Of a DNA stretch of 50,762 nucleotides, positions 37,126-46,035 are shown in pieces. The stretch comes from Euryarchaeota archaeon UBA58. GTDB taxonomy: Archaea > Thermoplasmatota > Poseidoniia > Poseidoniales > Thalassarchaeaceae. A program made the translations under genes and the position numbers. The number at the start of each line of letters is the position of its first letter. The first letter of the stretch is position 1. The notes beneath the pieces are model-generated. The model was not told the origin of the DNA, did no database searches, and was given only the letters and a program-made list of their open reading frames with translations. The stretch spans positions 108,478-159,239 of the forward strand of contig DAHR01000005.1 in NCBI GenBank assembly GCA_002498525.1. The letters are read 5' to 3'.

Positions 37126-37934
37126 CAAGTACCGCAGGCCCGACCCTGCGATATGTCCAGAACACTTCTGATGGGACCAGGCATGCCATTCTCATCGACC
37201 CTGCCGATCAGACGCCCGAAATGGCTGCCAAACGCTGTGTAGCAGCGGTCTCCGCAGGTTCCAAGATGGTCTTGGTCGGTGGTTCTACAGGTACAGATAT
37301 GAAGAATGTCCACAACACCGTGGTGGCGATTCGAGAGGCACTGGAACTTGTCAGGTGGGCATCCACACAGGATTCAGGATCATATGAAGATAGTTGGACG
37401 GCACCCATCGTGCTATTTCCAGCAGGAGCTGCTGCACTTTCCTCAGCCGCCGACGGAATCACCTTCATGATGCTGATGAACAGCACTTCAACCCGATTCC
37501 TGATCGATGAACAATTCGAGGGTGCACCATTCATACGACAAGCTGGTGTTGAAACACTACCGATGGGATACATCGTTTGCGCACCTGGGGGTAGGGTGGG
37601 AAAAGTGGGTGAAGCAACACTGATTGAGAAGGGTGATGAAGATAGAGTGAGTGCTTACGCGATGACAGCACAGGCTTATGGTTTCCAACTCCTCTATCTT
37701 GAAGCGGGCAGCGGCGCAGCAACGCCTGTCGATGCGGGCCTTATCGCAGCAGCCCGCGAGGCCTGCAACCTCACTCTAATCGTTGGAGGAGGCATTCGTG
37801 ATGGTGCAGCGGCGAAGCGAGCGGCTGCTGCGGGTGCAGATTGGGTGATCACCGGGAATCTGACCGAATCATTCGATGATGCTGATGAATTGCAAGAGGT
37901 ACTGAAAGACTTCATCGGTGAGATGAATTCTTGA
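37122..37934 (+). CDS. Geranylgeranylglyceryl phosphate (GGGP) synthase, group II-like
   Basis: HAILIDPAD, LVGGST, PIVLFP, PMGYIV.PGG.VG.VG, LYLEAGSGA, VGGGIR, GADWVITGN. Confidence 0.93.
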   Translation: MTSTAGPTLRYVQNTSDGTRHAILIDPADQTPEMAAKRCVAAVSAGSKMVLVGGSTGTDMKNVHNTVVAIREALELVRWASTQDSGSYEDSWTAPIVLFPAGAAALSSAADGITFMMLMNSTSTRFLIDEQFEGAPFIRQAGVETLPMGYIVCAPGGRVGKVGEATLIEKGDEDRVSAYAMTAQAYGFQLLYLEAGSGAATPVDAGLIAAAREACNLTLIVGGGIRDGAAAKRAAAAGADWVITGNLTESFDDADELQEVLKDFIGEMNS

Positions 37935-37937
37935 AGA

Positions 37938-38438
37938 TCAAGCAGCGTCTCTATTCTGCAACTCCTCAACGAGGGCCACCAACTGGTCAATCTTTCCTTC
38001 CATATCCAAGATCAGCAGCATATATTCCTCTTCTCGTTGAATCGAGCGCACATTCTCCCTCTGTAATTCGTCGAGACGCCCACCACCTACAAGCTCCTCA
38101 AGGTCACTCCTGCGAACCCTCTCATTCTCCAACATAGTCTCTAATTGCGCTCTTCGTGCCTCCGCCACCCGAAATCGCTCTCGCAATTCTGCAACATCCC
38201 CTCTTCCAACACCACGTGCTCGCAATTCACCTAGTTCAGAATCCAAGGCGCGTGCACGTTGTCTGGTCATCGCCAACGACCTTTCCATCTCACCCAATTC
38301 TGTCCACATCGTCATGACCTCGGTAATCAAGCGTTCTTGTGAGAATGTGGTGAGGTGTTCGGTGAGCTGTTCAGGACTCATAGGGGCCATATCCTCAACC
38401 CCATCAGGGTCGGCATTCCGAACACTCACACCAATCAC
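37938..38438 (-). CDS. Hypothetical coiled-coil protein
   Basis: E/R/L-rich heptad-like sequence; start uncertain. Confidence 0.65.
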   Translation of the reverse strand: MIGVSVRNADPDGVEDMAPMSPEQLTEHLTTFSQERLITEVMTMWTELGEMERSLAMTRQRARALDSELGELRARGVGRGDVAELRERFRVAEARRAQLETMLENERVRRSDLEELVGGGRLDELQRENVRSIQREEEYMLLILDMEGKIDQLVALVEELQNRDAA

Positions 38439-38546
38439 ACAGCATCACCGACAGTCCATTCTTGAACCTTGAGGAAAGGCCGGTGCCAAGTAACATGGTA
38501 TTGGCTGGGAGAGAAGGAATCGGGACACCGAAACCCCCTCGTCGCG

Positions 38547-38552
38547 TTTATA
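38547..38552 (+). promoter_or_regulatory. TATA box of the probably leaderless rpl18a gene
   Basis: TTTATA 24 nt upstream of ATG 38577. Confidence 0.6.
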
Positions 38553-38576
38553 TCGAGACCTCCGGTGGGCCGCGCC

Positions 38577-38804
38577 ATGAAGGCTTATCGCGCATCGGGA
38601 ACATTCCGCAATGGCAGGACCGTTCAGGAGTACACTCTCGACGTCGTCGCCGCAGACGAGGATGAAGCTAGGCACTACGTATTATCCTACTTCGGCAGCC
38701 GCCACCGCACACCTCGCCGATTCGTCATCATCAACTCACTCGAGGAGATTAAACCCTCAGACTCGAGTGAACCTCGAGTCATCGCCCACTTCCGAGAACA
38801 GTGA
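38577..38804 (+). CDS. rpl18a: 50S ribosomal protein L18Ae (LX)
   Basis: MKAYRASGTF...Q.YT..V.A.DE.EA...VLS.FGSRH...R..V.I..LEEI. Confidence 0.9.
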   Translation: MKAYRASGTFRNGRTVQEYTLDVVAADEDEARHYVLSYFGSRHRTPRRFVIINSLEEIKPSDSSEPRVIAHFREQ

Positions 38805-38807
38805 TTT

Positions 38808-39674
38808 TCAAAATTCATCATACCCTAGAATACAATGAGCATCACCAAATCGATTGGTGTATTCTCCAATGATATCTGGAGTGAAAAACTCCTTCCATTT
38901 AGTTAACTTTCCAGTTGAAATATGAGAGTTTTCTTTTATATCTCTAACACTCATTCTGTTAAGATCTTGAGCTTGAGCCCATACTAACTCTTCTTTAATT
39001 ACCTTCTCTTCAAATCCAAGCCAACGAAAAATTCTTTCAAACAAAACATCAAAATCTGCGACAATATCCTCCATCTTAATTGTGAGTATTTCAGATCGCT
39101 CTTTCCAATCGAGCATTGTATTAATAGTCACACCAGCGTACCCATCCATCTCAAAAACAATTCCTGCTTCCTTATCCAACTCCGTTATCTTTGTTTGATA
39201 TGATTTTCCATTAAATAAAGAAACAAAATCCCTTCGAGCTTCGATATTTTGACAATCTACAGGCCAGGGGACTGTTGGAAAACGAAAATTATCATCACTA
39301 AAGTCCTCATTCACCACGAACTGCTCATGGTCGCCACATCGTTGATGGTAGAGGTATCCTGACACTATAACATCACGTGGGTCACGTATTATTCTCACGC
39401 CTCTATATCCTTTATCTAATAATTCATCTTCTACAACGGAGTGAGTTAATTGTAATATATCACAATTATTCGGGATATCACTCACTTTCCCTAATAATCG
39501 TTTGAACCTAAAGCCACGCCGTTTTGCGAGTGGGCGAAATACTCGCGTCATCAATCTAGTCGCAATCTTATGGTGTGTTAGGATTAGAATAGGTTCACTT
39601 AATTTGGTTCCAAAACCAATTCTCCGTATGTCAAGAATAAGTTGCTTGAGAGTCCAGAAGCCGGGAATATCCAT
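38808..39674 (-). CDS. PAPS-dependent sulfotransferase domain protein (AT-rich gene)
   Basis: 5'-PSB-like THHKIAT, 3'-PB IIRDPRDVIVSGY, KMEDIVAD, G...KWKEFF; the start may instead be 39743. Confidence 0.8.
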   Translation of the reverse strand: MDIPGFWTLKQLILDIRRIGFGTKLSEPILILTHHKIATRLMTRVFRPLAKRRGFRFKRLLGKVSDIPNNCDILQLTHSVVEDELLDKGYRGVRIIRDPRDVIVSGYLYHQRCGDHEQFVVNEDFSDDNFRFPTVPWPVDCQNIEARRDFVSLFNGKSYQTKITELDKEAGIVFEMDGYAGVTINTMLDWKERSEILTIKMEDIVADFDVLFERIFRWLGFEEKVIKEELVWAQAQDLNRMSVRDIKENSHISTGKLTKWKEFFTPDIIGEYTNRFGDAHCILGYDEF

Positions 39675-39799
39675 AATGAGACCATCCTTGTCCGGCGGCC
39701 GGTTCAAAATGAACCAATCGGAGGCAGATGTTGAATATTTCATTGATTAATCTAACTTAGTAGCGCAAATGTGAAAGGAGAAGCCAAGGAGCAAATCAC

Positions 39800-40354
39800 A
39801 TGATAAAGAAGGCAGCCATGCGTCAGTACTGGCGCATCCAACAGAGCCAGACCCTCATCTCGATGGGCTTCTGGTGCACCACCTTGACCCTCCTCGTCTG
39901 GCCACTTATCAGCTGGAGATTCGAAGCGATGGAACCTCTCATGGGCATTCAACCAACCTACTTCGGATTGGCGGGAATCGGACTCAGTGTCCTCGCCATC
40001 GTGCTGTCGATAGGCTGGGTCTACGACGTTACCTTCGGCCTCTGGCGCGAACACCTAACCATCGTACAGGAACGCAACCCATTCACCACCTACAAACTGA
40101 ATGCACCCTTCGGGATGATTCTCTCTCAAACAAACACTATTCTGAGGAAGATGTCTGAAGATGACGAAGAAATCCAACGGCACTGCGACTTCGTCGACCG
40201 CTGGTTGGAGTGGAATTCACAACAGGAGATCTGGGCGCGCTCGATGTCGTCCTGGAAGAACATCATCGGTGAGGAGGATCCGTTTCTGGTACATCTCCCT
40301 CCGGAAGCGCGCGCAGCCCTCGAAGCTGCAGCTGATGAGATGCAAGACTTCTGA
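39800..40354 (+). CDS. Hypothetical membrane protein (2 TM helices)
   Basis: 184 aa ORF with two hydrophobic segments; AGGAG SD. Confidence 0.7.
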   Translation: MIKKAAMRQYWRIQQSQTLISMGFWCTTLTLLVWPLISWRFEAMEPLMGIQPTYFGLAGIGLSVLAIVLSIGWVYDVTFGLWREHLTIVQERNPFTTYKLNAPFGMILSQTNTILRKMSEDDEEIQRHCDFVDRWLEWNSQQEIWARSMSSWKNIIGEEDPFLVHLPPEARAALEAAADEMQDF

Positions 40355-40377
40355 TCGAGCCTTGGGGGGTTGAACTC

Positions 40378-41172
40378 GTGGACTTGGAAGTGATTGTGGA
40401 TATCGCGATTGATGCGGGGCGAGCAATCATGGAGGTCTACGAGCGCGCCGAAGACTTCGAAATAACCCACAAAGACGACGACTCACCTCTGACAGAAGCA
40501 GATTTGGCAGCCCATAACGTAATTGTCGCAGGCTTGCAAACCATCGATTCCACCCCGATAGTCTCCGAAGAAGGACGGGTCGGAGACCCGCGATACAGCG
40601 ATAAATGCTGGCTTGTCGACCCACTAGATGGAACGAAGGAATTCATCAAGCGGAACGGTATGTTCACCGTCAATATCGCCTTGATGCGTCGCCACGGTGA
40701 ACGCTGGAACCCTGTGTTCGGCGTCGTTCATGCTCCTGTGAGTGACACCACGTGGTTTGGAGGGGCGATCCACGCTTCAGAGCGCCGCGGCCCAGAGGGG
40801 GCAGGTCAGATGTTGGTCAAACCGACAGAGGGGGGCGGCTCGGTGCGGCTTGTGGCAAGCGGCTCCCACCGAGGTGAGAAGGACGAGTCTTTCGCTTCGA
40901 CACTTGGTGATTACGAACTTGTTCGAATGGGCTCCTCCCTCAAGGCCTGCATCGTCGCAGAGGGCTCAGCAGATCTCTATCCGAGATTCGGCCCGACATC
41001 GTGTTGGGATATCGCCGCTGCTCATGCAGTTGTTTCCGGCGCTGGTGGAATCGTTGTTGGACCAGATGGGAAAACATTGGATTATGATTTAGTCGAGAAT
41101 ATTCTCAATCCATTTTTCCTCGTCGCGGCCGATGAGCGCTGGACTGCGGATTGGGTCGCTCATCAGGAGTGA
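40378..41172 (+). CDS. cysQ: 3'(2'),5'-bisphosphate nucleotidase (PAP phosphatase)
   Basis: KDDDSPLTEAD, SEE, WLVDPLDGTKEFIKRNGMFTVNIAL, GSSLK, YPRFGPTSCWDIAA. Confidence 0.95.
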   Translation: MDLEVIVDIAIDAGRAIMEVYERAEDFEITHKDDDSPLTEADLAAHNVIVAGLQTIDSTPIVSEEGRVGDPRYSDKCWLVDPLDGTKEFIKRNGMFTVNIALMRRHGERWNPVFGVVHAPVSDTTWFGGAIHASERRGPEGAGQMLVKPTEGGGSVRLVASGSHRGEKDESFASTLGDYELVRMGSSLKACIVAEGSADLYPRFGPTSCWDIAAAHAVVSGAGGIVVGPDGKTLDYDLVENILNPFFLVAADERWTADWVAHQE

Positions 41173-42056
41173 ATGCGCCAGTGATCCACATTGAAGCCGG
41201 TCAGATCCTCAAGGAGATTGATATCAGCATTCACCTCCTCCACTAGAAGGCCCCTTTGAGCATCATCGATCTCTCGTTTTGCCGGCGCCTCTCTGGACAG
41301 CACAGGCATCTTGTAGACATTGACCCCACGACCTTGTAGCCGCATCACGATCGGTTTTTTGATAAATCCAGGTAACAGGCTTGCAGTGAAGCGAAAAATC
41401 CTGCCGAAGATAGTGATGGAGCGCCTGTCTGCTGCCACATTGGCGTTGTGTACTGAGTCGAGATCGAAAGTGTGTGCAGCCAACTTTAGGTGAGAACAGA
41501 CTTCGGCGAGAACCAACTCAGGTTCACGGCGCATTCGATTCGCTTGAATCAACAAGAACGAGTCGCGCTCGAAATACTCCAACCAGCGCGAAATGGCGGC
41601 GCCATAGAGTGTGTCGCAATGAAGCCGTGGATCTGACCACGCTTGAGCAAAATCAGACCAATCACTTCCATTCTCAACATCCTCACCAGTATCGAGAATC
41701 ATGTTCCAATGTGAGATGGTTCGACTGACCGGCTCGCGCAGACAGATGACGAAGCGCGCGGCCGGCCAATTCTCCGCAACACGGTGGGGTGCGAGTGGAC
41801 AAGCGAGCGCGTGAACAGAACAATCGATTCGAACTCCATCAGTGGCGAAGCAGGTCGAATATGCAGACCAATCAGGCTTCGAATCATCCCGTGGAAAGGT
41901 TCCTTTGTGCGTCGCCACCATGTTCGGCTCCTTCGGCTCCGAGACACAGATTCCTGGATGCTGCGTCAGTGCCTCAGCCAACCAGGTGGTGCCTGATTTG
42001 GGGGCTCCGAGAAGAAACGCATCAACGCGAGGAACCATCGACAGCCCAACCTCCAT
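41163..42056 (-). CDS. PAPS-dependent sulfotransferase
   Basis: 5'-PSB GAPKSGTTWL, HP.I....KEP, 3'-PB LREPVSRTISHW. Confidence 0.88.
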   Translation of the reverse strand: MEVGLSMVPRVDAFLLGAPKSGTTWLAEALTQHPGICVSEPKEPNMVATHKGTFPRDDSKPDWSAYSTCFATDGVRIDCSVHALACPLAPHRVAENWPAARFVICLREPVSRTISHWNMILDTGEDVENGSDWSDFAQAWSDPRLHCDTLYGAAISRWLEYFERDSFLLIQANRMRREPELVLAEVCSHLKLAAHTFDLDSVHNANVAADRRSITIFGRIFRFTASLLPGFIKKPIVMRLQGRGVNVYKMPVLSREAPAKREIDDAQRGLLVEEVNADINLLEDLTGFNVDHWRIHS

Positions 42057-42167
42057 GACTCCGACTCAAGACCTTCCGATATAGGAATTCACACTCGTTG
42101 AGAGACCTCAGGCAGCCGTCGCAATGAAATACAGGCCATAATTCGCCCGCTCCTAGAGGGATGAAAG

Positions 42168-43052
42168 ATGGTTAACAAGGTAGTTTGGTTCACGGGCCTC
42201 TCAGGCGCAGGGAAGACGACCATTGCAATGGCTGCCGCTGAGCGATTTGGTTGCGAGGTATTGGATGGGGACACCATCAGGGACTTTTTCTCTAACCACG
42301 ATTTCAGCCGCGAGGGAAGGGAGCGACACCTGCTTGGCATCGCCAAGATGGCTAGGATGATATCCAAACACACACACGTTATCTGCTCTTTCATCACACC
42401 TTACGAAGATGTGCGCGAGAAGATTCTCGACAGCCTACCAGACAATGCGATCATGGTCCACATATCCACATCTCTGGAAGTCTGCGAGGACAGAGATGTG
42501 AAGGGCTTGTACGCGAAGGCCCGTTCCGGCGAAATCACCAACTTCACTGGCATCAACGACCCATTCGACGAGCCGAAGTGCGCCCACATAACATTGGATT
42601 CCAGTGGTGTTGTGGGTAATTCCATTGACGACATGGTCGACCAGCTCGCACATCTCTTCGAGAAACCCAAGGCAGTCCTTCTGCCAGGCCGATGGCAGCC
42701 ACTTCACGTGGGTCACGAGTGGTTAATCCAAAGAGAATTGGACCAGGGCAAGAGGGTCGTCGTCGGTATCCGAGACACACCGGTATCAGACTCAGACCCC
42801 TTCTCGACCGACGCTCGGAAGAGGATGATTGAGTACAGATATGCAGGTGAAGAGGTGGAGGCATGGGTCATGCCCGACATCGAAGCAATCTCCTACGGTC
42901 GCAAGGTCGGCTACGAGCTCCGTGAGGCAGACGACATCCCCCCTGAGGTCTTCGCGGTATCAGCCACAGGCGTGCGTGGCGGTGATCGCGCGAATGTCTC
43001 CAAGAGAGTGATGGAATTCATGATTAACGAAGGCATCTGGGACGGCGATTAA
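42168..43052 (+). CDS. cysC: Adenylyl-sulfate kinase fused to a C-terminal NadM-like HxGH nucleotidyltransferase domain
   Basis: WFTGLSGAGKTT, LDGD, RDVKGLY, FTGI.DPFDEP, followed by GRWQPLHVGH ... DPFS...R ... SATGVR. Confidence 0.9.
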   Translation: MVNKVVWFTGLSGAGKTTIAMAAAERFGCEVLDGDTIRDFFSNHDFSREGRERHLLGIAKMARMISKHTHVICSFITPYEDVREKILDSLPDNAIMVHISTSLEVCEDRDVKGLYAKARSGEITNFTGINDPFDEPKCAHITLDSSGVVGNSIDDMVDQLAHLFEKPKAVLLPGRWQPLHVGHEWLIQRELDQGKRVVVGIRDTPVSDSDPFSTDARKRMIEYRYAGEEVEAWVMPDIEAISYGRKVGYELREADDIPPEVFAVSATGVRGGDRANVSKRVMEFMINEGIWDGD

Positions 43053-43140
43053 TCCGATACTCATTGATCCGACACCTCACTTACACGTCGAGGTTTAACC
43101 TGCGACGGCTTCATTGCACCCGCACATCTCGCCAGCCTTG

Positions 43141-43716
43141 ATGGGCACCTCTGAGCGTAGGGCTGGCGGCGCACCAAAATCCACATCCGACCGAGCCGAG
43201 TTGCAACGTCTCGCGCAACTCGTCGAACTGAACCGCGAGCGTCTGCAGACCATCGAGCAGCAGGTCATCAGATTGGATGAGGTCAGACAGGAGCAAGCGA
43301 GGGCGCTTCTCGCCCTCGAATCCATCCCTGAGGGGGGAGCGAGTAATGTGATGATTCCTCTGGGCGGCGGCGTCCAGATCATCGCAGATGTTCTGGGTGA
43401 GTCCGGTGCAGTGATAGACATAGGCAGTGGTGTTCAAGTCGAACGAACGCGAGAAGAAGCGTTGGAGATGCTGACCCATCGGAACGAGGAACTCATTGGG
43501 CTGATGGACATACTGAAAGCCGAATTCGATGAGACCGAGAAACTCGTCATCGAACTCGCGAATCAATTCAACGACGGGGCCCAAGCATTCCAGGATGATG
43601 CCCCAGAAACCGCCGCACCGAGCCCTAAAACACCCCCCACAAAGCAAGAGCCGATAGAGCAGAGGGCCCGCCGCAGACGTCGCAAGCGCGGAACCGATCT
43701 GACATTGGATGATTGA
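43141..43716 (+). CDS. pfdA: Prefoldin subunit alpha
   Basis: Coiled coil - VMIPLGGG - VIDIGSGVQVERT.EEA - coiled coil; directly upstream of ftsY. Confidence 0.9.
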   Translation: MGTSERRAGGAPKSTSDRAELQRLAQLVELNRERLQTIEQQVIRLDEVRQEQARALLALESIPEGGASNVMIPLGGGVQIIADVLGESGAVIDIGSGVQVERTREEALEMLTHRNEELIGLMDILKAEFDETEKLVIELANQFNDGAQAFQDDAPETAAPSPKTPPTKQEPIEQRARRRRRKRGTDLTLDD

Positions 43717-43725
43717 GGTGGAATA

Positions 43726-45021
43726 ATGGGTTTGTTCGACCGCTTCAAGAAACGCGCTGAGAAAGCGGTCGATGAAGAAGAATTCACAGTCGAGGAAGAT
43801 TCTATCGAAGCCGAGGAAGCGTTGATTCAACGCCGTCAATTGATGGAGGCGATGGAGCGCGCGAAGGACGCACCACCTCCTCCCCCACCCCCCGGCTTCG
43901 AGACATTCAAAGAAGAAGTAGAGGAACAATGGGATGATTTCGTCGAGGAATTACCTGATGATCCGTTTAGTCAACCCGTTGACAAGAAATCCCGTAAGAA
44001 GGCTGTTCGGGCCGCGTCCGTGGCAGCGGCGAAAACTTCGGATGAGCCCGAGGAAAAACCACCACACGACCGAATGAGAAGCACCACTGGGCGCGCACTC
44101 GTGGCAACCGACAAAGTCGCGATCAAAGTGGATCTGGGTGAATCAGAAGTAAAGCGGGGCGGCCGCATCATCGCATCCAGTAAGGTTCTCGATGAGATTC
44201 TAGAGGAGTTGGAAACAGATCTTCTGATGGCCGATATGGGTCACACCGCTGTCGAAGAGGTGATGACTGCGCTACGCGGCTCGCTGATTGGAGCCCGCCT
44301 CGGTCGCAAGGCCGAATTGGCCGATGTCATCGATGAGGCTTTGCGAAAAGCACTGCTCGATCTGTTGGAGTCAGGTTACTGGGATTTCGATAAGACCGTG
44401 AAGTCATTCGCAGCCGAAGCAACTCCAGTCTCAATCATGATGGTCGGCGTCAATGGCACTGGTAAAACGACGACCACAGCGAAGATCGCACACCGTCTGC
44501 AGCAGAATGGCTACTCGGTGGTGCTAGCCGCCGCTGACACCTTCCGCGCAGGCGCAATCGAACAGTTGGCGAACCATGCAGACAGACTCTCGGTACGCTG
44601 TATCCGTAGTCAGCGCGGTGGTGATGCAGCGGCGATTGCACGCGATGCTTGTGAGAGCGCAGCAGCGAGGGGAGAGGATATCGTGATCATCGACACCGCG
44701 GGCCGAATGCAGAACAAAATCAATCTGATGGAAGAACTGCGCAAGGTACACAGAGTCACGCGCCCACATCTGGTGCTCTTCGTCGCCGATGCCTTGGCCG
44801 GTAATGATGCGGTGATTCAGGCGAAGGAGTTCCAGAGGATGCTCAATTTCGATGGAGCCGTGCTCTGCAAACTCGATACCGATGCCAAAGGTGGTGCTGC
44901 ATTGTCCATTTCGCACGCTACCGGCCGACCCATAGTGCTGGCTGGAGTAGGCCAAGGTTACGACGACCTTCGCGATTTCGACCCGCAATGGCTCTTGGAC
45001 TCGATTCTGGGCGACGACTGA
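43726..45021 (+). CDS. ftsY: Signal recognition particle receptor FtsY
   Basis: GVNGTGKTTT, DTFRAGAIEQL, DTAGRMQ, KLDTDAKGG, GVGQGYDDL; acidic N-terminus. Confidence 0.97.
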   Translation: MGLFDRFKKRAEKAVDEEEFTVEEDSIEAEEALIQRRQLMEAMERAKDAPPPPPPPGFETFKEEVEEQWDDFVEELPDDPFSQPVDKKSRKKAVRAASVAAAKTSDEPEEKPPHDRMRSTTGRALVATDKVAIKVDLGESEVKRGGRIIASSKVLDEILEELETDLLMADMGHTAVEEVMTALRGSLIGARLGRKAELADVIDEALRKALLDLLESGYWDFDKTVKSFAAEATPVSIMMVGVNGTGKTTTTAKIAHRLQQNGYSVVLAAADTFRAGAIEQLANHADRLSVRCIRSQRGGDAAAIARDACESAAARGEDIVIIDTAGRMQNKINLMEELRKVHRVTRPHLVLFVADALAGNDAVIQAKEFQRMLNFDGAVLCKLDTDAKGGAALSISHATGRPIVLAGVGQGYDDLRDFDPQWLLDSILGDD

Positions 45022-45071
45022 GTGAGTCGACCGCGTCTTTCATCAACAACTGCTCGTGTGTCGCGACGAGC

Positions 45072-45788
45072 ATGACAACAGAGGAGTCGAACACAGCACT
45101 GGTGGTGGTTGGCAACCCAATCATCGAAGGACACCTCAAACGAGTCTTGCACAAGCGCGGATGGAGCATCGATGTATGCGGTGACGGTGATAGTGCAGTC
45201 GACCGATATGTGCAACTGCGACCCGCTTTGGTCTTCATCGCGCTCGACATTCCGACACTTGACGGACATGTCGCCGCTCTGGAGATGAGAGAAGCCGACT
45301 CTTCGGCGCGAATCGTCTTCGTCACTAGTCATGGTCGGAAGACGATCGCCGAAGATGCCGCATACTCCTCAGGGGCCGTCGGCGTCTTGGTGACGCCAAT
45401 CACAGACTCACAGGTCGGTGAGGCTTGGAGTGATTGGCATGGCACCATTCCAGAAGCCCCAGGACTTTCGGATCTCGACGCGCTCTACCCCGTTCTCGAA
45501 GACCCCGAACCCGAACCCCCGGCCTTTCCAATGATGCCTGGCTTGCCCCCACTTCCAGATACCACACCTGACGATCCCACAAATGTCGAATTACCATCAG
45601 CCTCTACTGCTTCAGTGGCCGATTTCAAACCTCAAAAGAAGAGGAGCAAGGTTCGTTGGTTGGTGAGATTGACCGTCCTCTTCCTGCTCACAGGAGGGTC
45701 TCTGGGTGCTGCGCATTACCTCGGCTTAGTCGATTTGAACGGTCTCATCGAAGAATTCCGTTCCACAATCTCGTCCCTGTTCAATTGA
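45072..45788 (+). CDS. Pseudo-receiver (REC-like) domain with Pro-rich linker and C-terminal TM helix
   Basis: DG.SAV......PALVFIALDIPTLDG...ARIVFVTS...GA.G.LVTP; the canonical Asp and Lys residues are absent. Confidence 0.75.
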   Translation: MTTEESNTALVVVGNPIIEGHLKRVLHKRGWSIDVCGDGDSAVDRYVQLRPALVFIALDIPTLDGHVAALEMREADSSARIVFVTSHGRKTIAEDAAYSSGAVGVLVTPITDSQVGEAWSDWHGTIPEAPGLSDLDALYPVLEDPEPEPPAFPMMPGLPPLPDTTPDDPTNVELPSASTASVADFKPQKKRSKVRWLVRLTVLFLLTGGSLGAAHYLGLVDLNGLIEEFRSTISSLFN

Positions 45789-46026
45789 TTTCACTACTTT
45801 CATCAACAATCAAGACAGCAGGAACTTGATTCACAATCGAGCTTCCAGGCGGACCATCGGTGACAGTCTTCATGGAGACAGAACCGTCGGTCAACAGACT
45901 TTCATCTCCTGCTGCCAATCGCAGTCCGATTCTCCAGCGCTTGATTAATTCTCGGAGAAGAAGCACTGCGACGGCGGAAAGAATGAGCAGCGCCAGAATC
46001 AGATTGAGCAGAGATTCAAGATTCAC
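45781..46026 (-). CDS. Small hypothetical membrane protein
   Basis: N-terminal TM helix; GAGGAG SD just after the pyrF stop codon. Confidence 0.6.
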   Translation of the reverse strand: MNLESLLNLILALLILSAVAVLLLRELIKRWRIGLRLAAGDESLLTDGSVSMKTVTDGPPGSSIVNQVPAVLIVDESSEIN

Positions 46027-46035
46027 GATATCTCC

